A DNA stretch of 51,364 nucleotides from a virus (taxonomy: Duplodnaviria; Caudoviricetes): positions 1 through 51,364 of the IMG/VR virus record IMGVR_UViG_3300033487_000006; one strand, written 5' to 3'. The notes under the pieces are model-generated. The model did not search any database, was not told the origin of the DNA, and saw only the letters and a list, made by a program, of their open reading frames with translations. The position numbers were made by a program, and so were the translations under genes. Shown piece by piece: positions 27,318-36,699 of the stretch (its first letter is position 1; each line of letters opens with the position of its first letter).

Positions 27318-28435
27318 TACGGGCTCCTGGCAGCGGTGAGATCGACGGCGAGGCGCGTGCGGTCGACGCTGACCGTGCGCGCGACGTTGCCGGCGATCTT
27401 GAAGATGCCGTGCACCACGCCGGTCAGGCGCAGCGCGCCGCTCGGGATGTTCGTGGTGATGTTGCAACGCTTCGTGCCGTTCACGAAGAACTCGGCGCGC
27501 GTCGTGCCCGTCATGCGGATCTCGGCGTTGTAGACGTTCGTATCCGGAAACGTGACGACGGCGATGGGGCTATCGACCGTCGTGAACGCCTCGTCGGACA
27601 CCGTGGTCCCGTCCATGAGGTACTTCGTACGCGTCGCGTTATTCGCGCACCAGCAGCTCCACTTGTCGGCGTTGCCGGTGTTCGGCCCACCGGTCGCCGA
27701 GTTGCCACGGTCGTACAACAGGTAACACCCGTCGGTGGCGTTGATCGTCGTCGAGTCGCTGAAGCCGACGAGCGCGGCGTATTCCTCGATCGCCGAGGAG
27801 AGCGTCGTGAATGCGCCCGTCCACTGAAACGACCAGTTGCCGGCGCCGAAGTCGACCACCTGCGGGTTGGTCTGCAGGCTCGCGGTGCCGCTGGATTGCG
27901 ATCCGGTCGCCATCGTGATGATGCCGGGCCGTGTCGTGGCGCCGCCGGTGCCATCGTTGACGAGCGCGCCGGTCCCGCTCGGGACCCCCGAGAAGATGCC
28001 GAGCGGCGTGCCCGAGGCGACCGCGCTCTTGATGAGGTATTCCTCGGTCCACTCCAGGTGCGTGCCGGCGTAGTCGTTCAGCGCCACGCTCGCGCACGTG
28101 CCGAGCCCGGCCGCGCTGATCGCGCTGACGCTCTTTCCCGCCGCGCAGGTCGCGCCGGGCAGGTTCACGTTGAGCGTCGCTGGTCCCGTGAGGGCGCCGC
28201 CGCTGAGACTCGTCCCGGCGATGACGGCGGTGATGTCGCCCGAGAGCGACTTGGTGGCCGGCACGAACCCGCCGCCGGGGGGCGGGCCGATGAGGCCACT
28301 GAGCGGGTGACCACCGCCCTCCCGCTCCTCGTCCTGCTCGGCGCCGCAATGGGAGACGGTGAGACCAGAGATCGCGAGGACCGCGCCGACGGACAGGGCG
28401 ATGAACAGGCGACGGAGATAAGCGCGAGAGATCAT
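27317..28435 (-). CDS. Beta-sandwich (lectin-like) protein with N-terminal hydrophobic segment
   Basis: RRLFIALSVGAVLAISGLTVSHC N-terminus; Gly/Thr-rich; AEFFVNG...ITTNIP motif. Confidence 0.65.
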   Translation of the reverse strand: MISRAYLRRLFIALSVGAVLAISGLTVSHCGAEQDEEREGGGHPLSGLIGPPPGGGFVPATKSLSGDITAVIAGTSLSGGALTGPATLNVNLPGATCAAGKSVSAISAAGLGTCASVALNDYAGTHLEWTEEYLIKSAVASGTPLGIFSGVPSGTGALVNDGTGGATTRPGIITMATGSQSSGTASLQTNPQVVDFGAGNWSFQWTGAFTTLSSAIEEYAALVGFSDSTTINATDGCYLLYDRGNSATGGPNTGNADKWSCWCANNATRTKYLMDGTTVSDEAFTTVDSPIAVVTFPDTNVYNAEIRMTGTTRAEFFVNGTKRCNITTNIPSGALRLTGVVHGIFKIAGNVARTVSVDRTRLAVDLTAARSP

Positions 28436-28848
28436 GGGTTCTGCCACTCCAGGATGGGGACGAGGTTGGCGGTCGCTTCGCCCACCGACGGGGTGCCCGC
28501 GACGGCGAGTCGGTCGAAGATGCCGACGAGGTCGACCTCGGTGGCAAACCCCTGATCGGCACCGACGATCTCGATGTCGAGGCCGTTGTTGAGGTAGCCG
28601 GCGCGCCACCACTTCTCGAAGCGGTAGCCCCAGATCTCCGGTCCGTCGAGGCCACCCGTCGGCGACGACAGCGTGAGCGCGACGGTGCCCTCGAGGAACA
28701 GCGCCGCGGTCACGGGGCCGAACGCGTAGCCGACAGCGGCGCGCCAGCTCGTGACGTCCATGCCATCGGAGGCGGATGACGGCCGCGTCGCGGTGACCGG
28801 GATGGCCACGAGCTTGGCCTCGTTCGTCAAGATTTGCCGGATCGCCAT
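28432..28848 (-). CDS. Hypothetical late protein
   Basis: Follows late-promoter motif; GAGGT RBS. Confidence 0.65.
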   Translation of the reverse strand: MAIRQILTNEAKLVAIPVTATRPSSASDGMDVTSWRAAVGYAFGPVTAALFLEGTVALTLSSPTGGLDGPEIWGYRFEKWWRAGYLNNGLDIEIVGADQGFATEVDLVGIFDRLAVAGTPSVGEATANLVPILEWQNP

Positions 28849-28860
28849 CGTGGGACCTCT

Positions 28861-28887
28861 GGGATCACAGCCGGGGGCGGTTGGCAA
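28861..28887 (-). promoter_or_regulatory. Late-promoter motif TTGCCA-N15-GATCCC
   Basis: Member of eight-copy family. Confidence 0.65.
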
Positions 28888-28988
28888 GGTCGGCGCGAGG
28901 GCGGAGCTCGGGCGACTTCCCGACCGGGCTCAGAGGCCGGGGCGGAGTGCGTAGGTTCGGCGGTGTCCGCGCGCGCGGCGCGGCTGCC

Positions 28989-29546
28989 TCACGGGCATCC
29001 GTAAGCGAGATCGGCGGCGAAGATCTGGTCGGCGCCCGGCGTGAGGTCCCGGGCGATCCGGATCGAGTAGTCCGCGCGTGGCAGGACGACGTGCGAGACC
29101 GAGGGCGGCGAGAGCACGACGTCCCCGGCGATCCCGATTGCGCCCTCTTCCGCGCCTCCCACGAGGGTCGCGATCGAGGACGTCGGCACCACGTATTGCA
29201 GGCCCGCCGTCAGGAGCGAGGGCACCGTGCCCTTGATGGCGTGCGCGGTCCACCCGGTGATCGTGCAGCCCACCGGCACCGCGAGCGGGGCGTACACCTC
29301 GGGGGCTGCGTCGGTGATGCGCCACGACGAGCCGAAGAACACGGCCCCGGCCGAGCGCGGCTGGAACGAGCTGGCGCTGAGCGTGACCTCGTAGGGCGTG
29401 AGCTGCGGCGGCGGCGCGGCGGAGCTCGGCGCGGTCGAGCAGGCGGCCGCCGCGAGCACGACCAGGAGGAGCGCGGTCGCTGCGCCGCCTCGGGGTCGTC
29501 GAGCAGCGCGCCGAACTGCGCGTCGGATAGGGAGATGCTGCGCCAT
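28989..29546 (-). CDS. Putative lipoprotein
   Basis: Arg-rich N-region, LLLVVLAAAAC lipobox. Confidence 0.65.
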   Translation of the reverse strand: MAQHLPIRRAVRRAARRPRGGAATALLLVVLAAAACSTAPSSAAPPPQLTPYEVTLSASSFQPRSAGAVFFGSSWRITDAAPEVYAPLAVPVGCTITGWTAHAIKGTVPSLLTAGLQYVVPTSSIATLVGGAEEGAIGIAGDVVLSPPSVSHVVLPRADYSIRIARDLTPGADQIFAADLAYGCP

Positions 29547-29559
29547 CGTGAGACCTCTG

Positions 29560-29586
29560 GGGATCACGGACCGCGCCCAGCGTCAA
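29560..29586 (-). promoter_or_regulatory. Late-promoter motif TTGACG-N15-GATCCC
   Basis: Member of eight-copy family. Confidence 0.7.
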
Positions 29587-29673
29587 GCCGCGCGGGCCTC
29601 TGCGGCTGCTGGCTGGCAGAATTCCAGCCGCGTGGACGACGCCCTCCCCTTCGGGCCCCCGGGTGGGCTTAGG

Positions 29674-30114
29674 ATGACGGTCGTGAGGATCGCGGCCGCT
29701 CTGGTGGGTCTCGTGCTCGGCGTCGGATGCACGTCGGCCGAAGATCCGCTTGATGCGCTGACCGTGGTCGAGCCGGCGCGCGCTGGTGAGGCGCAGGCGA
29801 TCGCGGTTGCCGGCTTCGAGCTCGAGCTCGGGATCGCGATGCCCGAGGTCGCTGTGACGTGGGTTGCCGAGCGCATCCCCTACCGAGACGCGACGGTCAT
29901 CGGGCTGCACCGCGGCTGCGATGACATCTGGCTCACGTGGTGGGAGGGGCCGGCCTTCTCGCGGCTCGCGCTGGCCCACGAGCTCGGCCACTGCGCCCGG
30001 GTTGCCAGCGGGATCGAAAGCGATCAGGGGCACGTCGATGCCGCGTGGTGGGCGAAGGACGGTGCCGGCGTCGTCGATCGCGTAAACCGTCGCCTGGTCG
30101 CCGCCGGTCTGTAG
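29674..30114 (+). CDS. Lipoprotein with HEXXH zincin motif (opposite-strand moron)
   Basis: MTVVRIAAALVGLVLGVGC lipobox; ALAHELGH...GH. Confidence 0.7.
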   Translation: MTVVRIAAALVGLVLGVGCTSAEDPLDALTVVEPARAGEAQAIAVAGFELELGIAMPEVAVTWVAERIPYRDATVIGLHRGCDDIWLTWWEGPAFSRLALAHELGHCARVASGIESDQGHVDAAWWAKDGAGVVDRVNRRLVAAGL

Positions 30115-30115
30115 A

Positions 30116-31003
30116 TCACGGGAACGCGAAGGTGACCCGAATCTCACCGATGCGCAGATTGGCGGCGCTCGCGGTGAGCACGATCCACATTGAGTCACCG
30201 TCGATGATGTCCTGATCGGCGAAGTTGCACGCCTCATCGACCCACGCCGCGGCGGCGTTCGTCACGCTGATACCGAATAGGGATGTCCCTCCAACGGTGT
30301 CCTTCGGCTTGTGGTAGATGGTGCCAGTAAGATCCGCGCTGGCGTCGCCGTACCGCTCGAACGTGAGCGACTTGATCCGCTCACCGACGAGGGTCGGAAT
30401 TCCGATCACCCAGCTCCCAGCGCCGCTCGATACGAGGTAGCCGTTCGCGGAGTCGAACGACCATCCGGATCCGGACCCCGTGATCGTGGAGACGTTCCTG
30501 ACCATGTCGCCGTGCTTGTGGCGGCCCGTCCCGCTCACGGTCACATGCTGATTCGCTGCCGCCGTCACGCCGCTGTTCGCCGTGAGCAGGTCCGCCAGGG
30601 TCACGCCCGACCACACGCTCTGGCTCTGCCCGGTCAGCAGCGCGTGCAGGGCGACGAGCGCGCTCCACGTCGCGTTGTCGTCCGCGCTGTAGATCTGCGT
30701 CCCGGCCGCGGCGACCCGGGGGACGCAGTACGGCAGCCCGTACTCGATGGTGTGCGTGCCGGTCCCCGCGTCGGTGATGTCGATCGCGGTGCCGGCCAGC
30801 GCGTTCGCCGAGCTGGTTGCAACCTTCACGGTGTCGGTGTCGATCCGGATCGCGAAGTAGTCGGTCACGGCGGCGAGCCCGGCCGGCGGCGCGCCCCCGT
30901 CGTTGCGCACCCGGAAGCGGTCGCCGGTGAGCAGGCCGTGCCCGGCGGCGGTGAGCGTGTCGGACGCGGCCGAGACGGCGGAGATGGTGACGGCGGTTGG
31001 CAT
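30116..31003 (-). CDS. Putative tail fibre / baseplate-associated protein
   Basis: HGLLTGD...PAGL....YFAIRID...KVAT..NA beta domain; follows baseplate genes. Confidence 0.65.
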   Translation of the reverse strand: MPTAVTISAVSAASDTLTAAGHGLLTGDRFRVRNDGGAPPAGLAAVTDYFAIRIDTDTVKVATSSANALAGTAIDITDAGTGTHTIEYGLPYCVPRVAAAGTQIYSADDNATWSALVALHALLTGQSQSVWSGVTLADLLTANSGVTAAANQHVTVSGTGRHKHGDMVRNVSTITGSGSGWSFDSANGYLVSSGAGSWVIGIPTLVGERIKSLTFERYGDASADLTGTIYHKPKDTVGGTSLFGISVTNAAAAWVDEACNFADQDIIDGDSMWIVLTASAANLRIGEIRVTFAFP

Positions 31004-31492
31004 CTAGAGGTCCTCCTGCAAGTGGTCCCAGACGTGCGCGAAGCGGTACGTGACGGGGTCGCGCCCCGGCCGCTGCAGCCCGACGGCGATCAGCAGCGCG
31101 CTCGCCGTGGTCTCGATCTGGACGTCGATGCTCGCGACCACGCGATCCTCGAGCATCCACGCCAGCGCCTCGAGCACGTACTCCTTCGCGCGCAGCACGG
31201 TCTCGTTGGTCCGCTTCGAGCGGTCGAGCAGCCACAGCCGCGATCCGATCCGGTCGCCCTCGACGGCCGAGAACTGGTCGGCCCACCAGCCGCGACGATC
31301 GCGCTCGTCGCCGCTCGGCGGCTGGTCATCGGGCTCGGCGCGCCGGTCGGTGAACAGCGACAGCGCCACCGCCGTCTCGAGCCCCCGATCCGACGCGAGG
31401 TCGTCGTCGATCATCGAGAGGTCCGCGTCGCCGCGCTCGACGGACCACGTGAGCGCCAGATCGGCGAGCTGGGTTGCGCTCGAGCTCGCCAT
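31004..31492 (-). CDS. Mu gp46-like baseplate protein
   Basis: LETAVALSLFTDRRA...RRGWWAD...IGSRLWLL.RSK...RAKEY..EALAWM. Confidence 0.92.
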   Translation of the reverse strand: MASSSATQLADLALTWSVERGDADLSMIDDDLASDRGLETAVALSLFTDRRAEPDDQPPSGDERDRRGWWADQFSAVEGDRIGSRLWLLDRSKRTNETVLRAKEYVLEALAWMLEDRVVASIDVQIETTASALLIAVGLQRPGRDPVTYRFAHVWDHLQEDL

Positions 31493-32184
31493 CAGGCCCC
31501 GTACACGTCCCGGTCGTAGAGGGTGACCGGATCGTCGTAGAGGGACGAGACCCCGTCCAGCAGGTCGCGGTTGTAGAGCGAGTACGGGTCGTCGTAGAGC
31601 GCCGCGACGGTCTCGATCATGTACCCGGCCGTGTGGCTCGGCTTGATCGCGTCGACGAGGTCCTGCGCGCTGTCGAGGTAGTACGTCCCGGCCACGGTCG
31701 GATCGCGGAGGATGTAGAAGCGGAAGATCTCGCGCACGTCCTCGATCGCGACCGCGTCGGCGTGCGAGGTCTCGATCACCACGACGTCGCCGGCGGCCTG
31801 GCCGAGGAGCGGCGCGAGCGCGGCCTGGAAGTCGGACGGCCGGTAGCGCTGCCTGGCCACGAGCCGCGCGACGATGCGCGCTTGTCGTTCCTCGGTCGTG
31901 GCCGCGGCTTCGAGGTCGAGCTCGCGCTCGCGCTCGTCCAGGAGCTCGACCGTCGTGGACGGGTCCGCCTCGTTGAGCAGGTCGATCACGCGCGCGTCCA
32001 CGTTCGCGAGCTCCTCGGCGCACGCGGCCAGCACCGCCTCGAGGACGCTGCCCACGAGGCGCCAGACGCGCCCCGGTGGCAGCAGGTTGATCATCATCTG
32101 CGCGTACGAGCTCGCCGCGTAGGTGCCGCCCTCGGTCTCGAAGGCCGTCACCTCGAACGCGGTGAACTCGAACGCGTCGGACAT
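31492..32184 (-). CDS. Mu gp48/YmfQ (DUF2313)-like baseplate protein
   Basis: Y......LLPPGRVW...LLNEADPSTT.ELL...IKPSHT. Confidence 0.85.
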   Translation of the reverse strand: MSDAFEFTAFEVTAFETEGGTYAASSYAQMMINLLPPGRVWRLVGSVLEAVLAACAEELANVDARVIDLLNEADPSTTVELLDERERELDLEAAATTEERQARIVARLVARQRYRPSDFQAALAPLLGQAAGDVVVIETSHADAVAIEDVREIFRFYILRDPTVAGTYYLDSAQDLVDAIKPSHTAGYMIETVAALYDDPYSLYNRDLLDGVSSLYDDPVTLYDRDVYGA

Positions 32185-32187
32185 GGC

Positions 32188-33252
32188 TCAGGTGTACTCG
32201 TCGATGATGATCAGGCCGGCAGCCCCGGCACCGCCCGCGCGCGAGCCGGACTGGGCCGACGCGCCCGAGCCGCCCGAGCCGTAGCCGTTGCCGGCGTTGC
32301 CGGCCGTGGTGCCTCCGACCTGCAGCCCGCCGGCGCCGAGCGCGGTTGATCCTCCGCTGCCGGAGTACCACACGGCGCCATCGTCCACGATGCCCGCGCC
32401 GCCGTTGCCGTAGGTCGTGACCCCGCCGGCCGAGGTGCCGGCCGCCGGCGCCGTCGAGAGCGCGGCGCTGTCACCGGCCACGCCCGTCATTGCGCCGCCG
32501 CCGCCGCCGCCCTTGGCCGTGTAGGTCGTCCCGTTGATGATGACCGTCGTGTCGCCGCCGGTGCCGCCCGCTGCGGGCGTCGTGGCGCCCGCGGTGCCGC
32601 CGGCGCCGCACGCGTAGGCACCGCCGGTCAGGGCGACGCCGGCCGTTCCGACCACGATGTCGAGGAGCACGCCGGACGAGCCCCCGGCCGCCGCGCCTGC
32701 GCCGGCACCCGGGGACGCGCCGCCGCCGCCGCCGCCGCCGCCGATCTCGCGCATGTGGACGATCGTGGTGCCGGTCGTCGGCGTGTACGTGCCGGACCCG
32801 GTCAGGATCTGCCGGGCGAGCCAGCGCCCCGTGAGTCCGTAGCGGGCATCCGCGTCGGCCCGGGTCGGGATCGATGTCGACGCCCCGACGCCGATCGCGC
32901 GCTTCGTGAACGCGTCCGCGCCCGTCTGCTCGACGAGTCCGGCCGTCGCGTCGAGCCCGGCGAGCGCGGTCAGGGTCGCGTCAGACGCCTGCGCGCCGAG
33001 CGTGGTCCGCTGGTCGGCCGCCGTGGCGTCGTCGAGCAACGCGCGGCCGGCCGCCGTGCAGGCGATCTCCTCGCCTGCGCCCGCGGCCGCGGTGGAGCGC
33101 CCGAACAGGATGTCCGTCGCGCTGGCGGCGAGCTTCGCCGCTGCAAGCGTGTTGTCGTCGATCGTGTGGTCGGCGTTCCAGTTGCTGGGCTGGACGCGCG
33201 TCGTGTTGGTACCGTCGGGCTTGGCGCTGACCTTCGCGTGCTTGATCGCCAT
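32188..33252 (-). CDS. Tail fibre-like protein with Gly-rich C-terminal domain
   Basis: SGTYTPT...IGGGGGG...GLIIIDEY. Confidence 0.75.
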   Translation of the reverse strand: MAIKHAKVSAKPDGTNTTRVQPSNWNADHTIDDNTLAAAKLAASATDILFGRSTAAAGAGEEIACTAAGRALLDDATAADQRTTLGAQASDATLTALAGLDATAGLVEQTGADAFTKRAIGVGASTSIPTRADADARYGLTGRWLARQILTGSGTYTPTTGTTIVHMREIGGGGGGGGASPGAGAGAAAGGSSGVLLDIVVGTAGVALTGGAYACGAGGTAGATTPAAGGTGGDTTVIINGTTYTAKGGGGGGAMTGVAGDSAALSTAPAAGTSAGGVTTYGNGGAGIVDDGAVWYSGSGGSTALGAGGLQVGGTTAGNAGNGYGSGGSGASAQSGSRAGGAGAAGLIIIDEYT

Positions 33253-33274
33253 CGCTCGTTGCTCCTGGTCGGGC

Positions 33275-34351
33275 TCATGCCCACGTGATCGTCCCGACGG
33301 TGGGCAGCTCGCCGACCGCCGGCACCACGTCGGCCGCCGGCACGGTGAGCGTGTAGTCGTCGACGCCCTCGGCGACGCCGATCGCCGTGCGGATCCTCGA
33401 GAGCAGGATGGTGCCCCGCCCGGCGCCGTCGCCCGGCTCGGCGTCGCGTCGGAGCAGGTCCTTGAGCTCGGCCGTCACCGCGGCGCGGGTGTCCGCGTTG
33501 TCCGGATCGAGCGCGATCGTGAACGCGACCGCGAGCTCGACCGGCGCCGCGGCCGTGACCTCCGCGGTGATCGGGCGCTCGGCCTCGAGCGCGGCCTGGA
33601 CCGCGGCGACCTCGCCCACGGTGGGGAACCCGACCTCGCCGGTGTCGGGGTCGTCGAGCACGAAGCGCACGACCACCGTCCCGAGGCCGAGCTCGTGCGG
33701 GTACACCCAGGCGCGCGTCACGCCGGCGACCGCGAGCGCCCAGGCCTCGTAGTCCTGATCGGCGCCGCCCTCCGGCGGCTCGCGCAGGCGGAGCAAGTAC
33801 CGATCGCGCAGCTCCTCGGTGCCCTCCTCGTCGACGCCGCCGGTGATGTCGCCGACCGCGACCGTGGCGGTGGAGTTCACGCCGGTGATCGGGCTCTCGA
33901 AGGTGAGCGACGCGGCCTCGGCCAGGTTGGCGTCCACGCCCGCCAGGACCGCCTCGACGGGAAGCGTCGCCGTGCCGCCCGCGATCACCTGCCCGGTGGT
34001 GACCCGATACGACGTCGCGGCGTCCAGGCGCAGGATCGTCTCGGCCGGGATGGAGGTGCCGTTGGTGCCCGTCGCCGTGACGTTGCCGGTCGCGAAGGTC
34101 GCCGCGGTCGGCGTGATCCCGTACAGCGCCGCCATGCGCAGGAGCTGCTCGCGCTCGGCCGTGTCGCCGAAGAGCTGGTCGGCGAGCCAGTCGAGGTAGC
34201 CGAACAGCGTGTGGACGGCGCCCGCCCAGACCGCGCTCAGCACGTCGGCCATCGCGCGGCGCAGGATCGGCCCGTCGACCTCGAGGCGTCCGCGCAGGTC
34301 GGCGCCGACGCGCGTGATCAGCTCGGCGAGCGTGGGCCTGGCGAATGGCAC
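33275..34351 (-). CDS. Baseplate J / Mu gp47-like protein
   Basis: MPFARPTLAELI..GGVDEE..EELRDR...PPEGGA..DY..WA...GVTRAW. Confidence 0.93.
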   Translation of the reverse strand: MPFARPTLAELITRVGADLRGRLEVDGPILRRAMADVLSAVWAGAVHTLFGYLDWLADQLFGDTAEREQLLRMAALYGITPTAATFATGNVTATGTNGTSIPAETILRLDAATSYRVTTGQVIAGGTATLPVEAVLAGVDANLAEAASLTFESPITGVNSTATVAVGDITGGVDEEGTEELRDRYLLRLREPPEGGADQDYEAWALAVAGVTRAWVYPHELGLGTVVVRFVLDDPDTGEVGFPTVGEVAAVQAALEAERPITAEVTAAAPVELAVAFTIALDPDNADTRAAVTAELKDLLRRDAEPGDGAGRGTILLSRIRTAIGVAEGVDDYTLTVPAADVVPAVGELPTVGTITWA

Positions 34352-34360
34352 ACCCGGGTC

Positions 34361-34387
34361 AGGATCACGGCGTCAGAGCGCCGTCAA
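34361..34387 (-). promoter_or_regulatory. Late-promoter motif TTGACG-N15-GATCCT
   Basis: 9 nt upstream of baseplate J start. Confidence 0.75.
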
Positions 34388-34406
34388 GCCGGGGCTACGC
34401 GAGCAG

Positions 34407-34778
34407 CTACTTCGCCCAGGCCTGCACGTGCACTTCGACCGCGACGCCCTGCGGCGGGGCGGCGGTCTGGTCGAGCCACACGAGCACGTGGGCGCGATCG
34501 TGATGCTCGGTGTAGCGCATCTCGCCGGGCTGCAGGACGCCGTGGACCTTCACGGTGAGCCCGGCCGGCGGCATGATCGTGCCGCCCTGCAGGTAGTCGT
34601 AGTCGAAGCTGTAGAACACCGGGTAGGTGCCGCGGTTCTCGATGCGCTGGCCGGCCGAGCTGAAGCCGAACATGTGCAGCGCGCGCGGGTCGACCGGCGC
34701 GTTCACGGGCGCGGCCGCGCCGTTGATCGTGGGGTTGAGGTCGACGATGCGGAGATAGTCGTGGGAGGTGGTCTTCAT
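34407..34778 (-). CDS. Hypothetical late protein
   Basis: GGAG RBS; own late-promoter motif. Confidence 0.65.
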   Translation of the reverse strand: MKTTSHDYLRIVDLNPTINGAAAPVNAPVDPRALHMFGFSSAGQRIENRGTYPVFYSFDYDYLQGGTIMPPAGLTVKVHGVLQPGEMRYTEHHDRAHVLVWLDQTAAPPQGVAVEVHVQAWAK

Positions 34779-34788
34779 GGCGATCTCC

Positions 34789-34815
34789 AGGATCACGAGG
34801 AGCGCGAAGTAGCAA
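34789..34815 (-). promoter_or_regulatory. Late-promoter motif TTGCTA-N15-GATCCT
   Basis: 10 nt upstream of ATG. Confidence 0.6.
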
Positions 34816-34833
34816 CCGCCCGCGCGCCGAGGA

Positions 34834-35406
34834 TCACTCGGCCTTGACCTTCGTCGCGCCTGGCGTCGCCCATGCCGCAAACACCGCCTTGAGCGAGGCC
34901 CCGCCGTCGTTCGGCACCGGCACCCACGAGGCGATCGCCGACTTGAGGGCCGCCAGCTCGGACGCGAGCGCCGGCGGATCCGCGGCGGCGGCGCTGCCGA
35001 GCAGGACATGGCGGCCCGTCGCCGGCGTCGCGATGACGTCGCCGTCCGCCGTGATCGTGACCGTGGCGCCGTTGTGGTTGTGGATCGTGACCTGGCCCGG
35101 CTCGCCGTCGGTCGGCCGGTAGCGGCGGTCCGAGACCGAGACCACGAGCGGGTGCCCGCGATCGCCGCTCGGGAACACCACGACCGCCTCGGCGCCGGCG
35201 AGCGGGACGGACGCGAACCCGTACGGCTGGTGGTGCTCGGCGCGGTCGATGGTCTCGCCGGCGAGCACGCCGAGCTGGACGAGCTGCAGCTTGGTGCTGT
35301 TGTCCACGAGCTCGACCACGCCGCGCGCGATGCTGTTGGCCACGCGGTTCGCGAGCGGCCGGAGCAGGTGCTGCAGCTGCCGGAGCGTGTCGCGATCGAG
35401 CCCCAT
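34834..35406 (-). CDS. Mu gp45-like baseplate spike
   Basis: LQLVQL..LAGET...EHHQPYGFASVP..GAEAVV...GDRGH...DRRYRP...PGQV. Confidence 0.9.
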   Translation of the reverse strand: MGLDRDTLRQLQHLLRPLANRVANSIARGVVELVDNSTKLQLVQLGVLAGETIDRAEHHQPYGFASVPLAGAEAVVVFPSGDRGHPLVVSVSDRRYRPTDGEPGQVTIHNHNGATVTITADGDVIATPATGRHVLLGSAAAADPPALASELAALKSAIASWVPVPNDGGASLKAVFAAWATPGATKVKAE

Positions 35407-36482
35407 CAGAGCGCCCCTCCGGCGAGTTCCTTCCAGCCTCCGGCGCCCGTCGCCGGCTTGACGGTCGCCTTGGGCTCCGGCGTGAACGCGTCCGGCCGCA
35501 CGAGGCGCAGCTGCGTCACCTTGCCCGACTCGGAGATCGTGTGCTCCGCCTGCGAGATCAGCATGTCGCCGTCGACGCCGATCAGCCGCGGCGCCCGAAC
35601 GCGCGTGAGCGTGTTCAGCGGCCAGATCGCACCGCTCGGCTGCTTCCAGCCCAGGACGGTGATCGTCACGGTCTCGGCGCGGGCCGCCCTGATCCGCGCC
35701 TCCCAGTCCGCCCGGCGACGCGCGTCGGCGACGCTGTAGCCCTTGTCCGGCCGGATCAGGAGGACGCGATCGGTACGGCGCACGCCCTGGTCGGTCGCCT
35801 CGGCCAGGATCCGCGTGGCGTCGCCGGCGGCCTCGTCGGTCCCCGCGGCCTGCGTGGCGATCTGGTAGCGGTGGTAGCGGTCACTGCCGTCGTATTCGAC
35901 CGACGCCGCGAGGATGTTCCGCCCCTCGACGAGCGACGTCGCGCGCGCCGTGCCCGCCCGCGTGATGGTGATGCCGCCGGCGCCGTCGCTCACGACCAGC
36001 ACGCCGTCGTCGCCGGCGGCGCGCTTGATCACCTCGTACGCGGTGTCGCCGGGCGAGACCACGATCTTCGGGACCTTCGCGAGCGTGAGCCCGGGCTGCA
36101 CCGAGACATGCACGTCGAACGGCCTCGCGATCGCGCTCGCGAAGTCGGCCACGTGCACGTTGTAGTAGGTCCACCTCTCGAGGACCGCCGAGTTGTCGAC
36201 CAGCGCGGCCGCGCGGTCGCGGCCGGTGTACGAGAGTGTCCGCGTCGTCGCGGTGGCCGCCTGGCTGCGCTTGTCGACGTACCCGTCGATCACCGTCACG
36301 CCGTCGATCTCGACGCGGCACGGGTCCTCTTCCGCGATCGGCCACGGCTCCTCGAGGGCGCCCCACCGATCGCTCACGTCGAGGGCGAACGAGCCGGCCA
36401 GGGTCTCGATCGAGCGGGTGACGCGGATCGACTTGAACCCGTTGTAGCGCCGACCGCCGACCAGGAGCGCGAGATCAGCCAT
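35406..36482 (-). CDS. Mu gp44/gpP-like baseplate hub
   Basis: GFKSIRVTRSIETLAGSF...VIDGYVD...GRD..A.LVD.S...RADWEA..RAAR. Confidence 0.9.
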   Translation of the reverse strand: MADLALLVGGRRYNGFKSIRVTRSIETLAGSFALDVSDRWGALEEPWPIAEEDPCRVEIDGVTVIDGYVDKRSQAATATTRTLSYTGRDRAAALVDNSAVLERWTYYNVHVADFASAIARPFDVHVSVQPGLTLAKVPKIVVSPGDTAYEVIKRAAGDDGVLVVSDGAGGITITRAGTARATSLVEGRNILAASVEYDGSDRYHRYQIATQAAGTDEAAGDATRILAEATDQGVRRTDRVLLIRPDKGYSVADARRRADWEARIRAARAETVTITVLGWKQPSGAIWPLNTLTRVRAPRLIGVDGDMLISQAEHTISESGKVTQLRLVRPDAFTPEPKATVKPATGAGGWKELAGGAL

Positions 36483-36699
36483 CGGATTCGTCCTCGCGCT
36501 CGGCCAGCTCGTTGAGCAGCGCGGCTGCCTCGTCGATCTCGACGTGCCGCCCGGTCACGCGATCGTGGATCACGCCGTGGTCGACGAAGTAGCGCGGCGC
36601 GCTCGGACCGTGCGTCGGGCACGTCGACTGGTCGTACGTCGTCGGGAACGCGCCCGGCGGCGCGGCGAGCAGGCAGGTGCACGCCACGGCATCAGCCAT
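36475..36699 (-). CDS. 74-aa inserted hypothetical protein
   Basis: Overlaps both neighbours by the same 8-nt junction; CxC...CPTHG motif. Confidence 0.6.
   Translation of the reverse strand: MADAVACTCLLAAPPGAFPTTYDQSTCPTHGPSAPRYFVDHGVIHDRVTGRHVEIDEAAALLNELAEREDESDG

Noticed and set aside
26473-33252. Diversity-generating retroelement or invertible fibre cassette
   Set aside because: No reverse transcriptase, no adenine-variant template/variable repeat pair and no small invertase seen
34830-34860. Additional AGGATCAC match as a ninth late promoter
   Set aside because: No TTG box at the 15-nt spacing and no start codon 9-13 nt downstream
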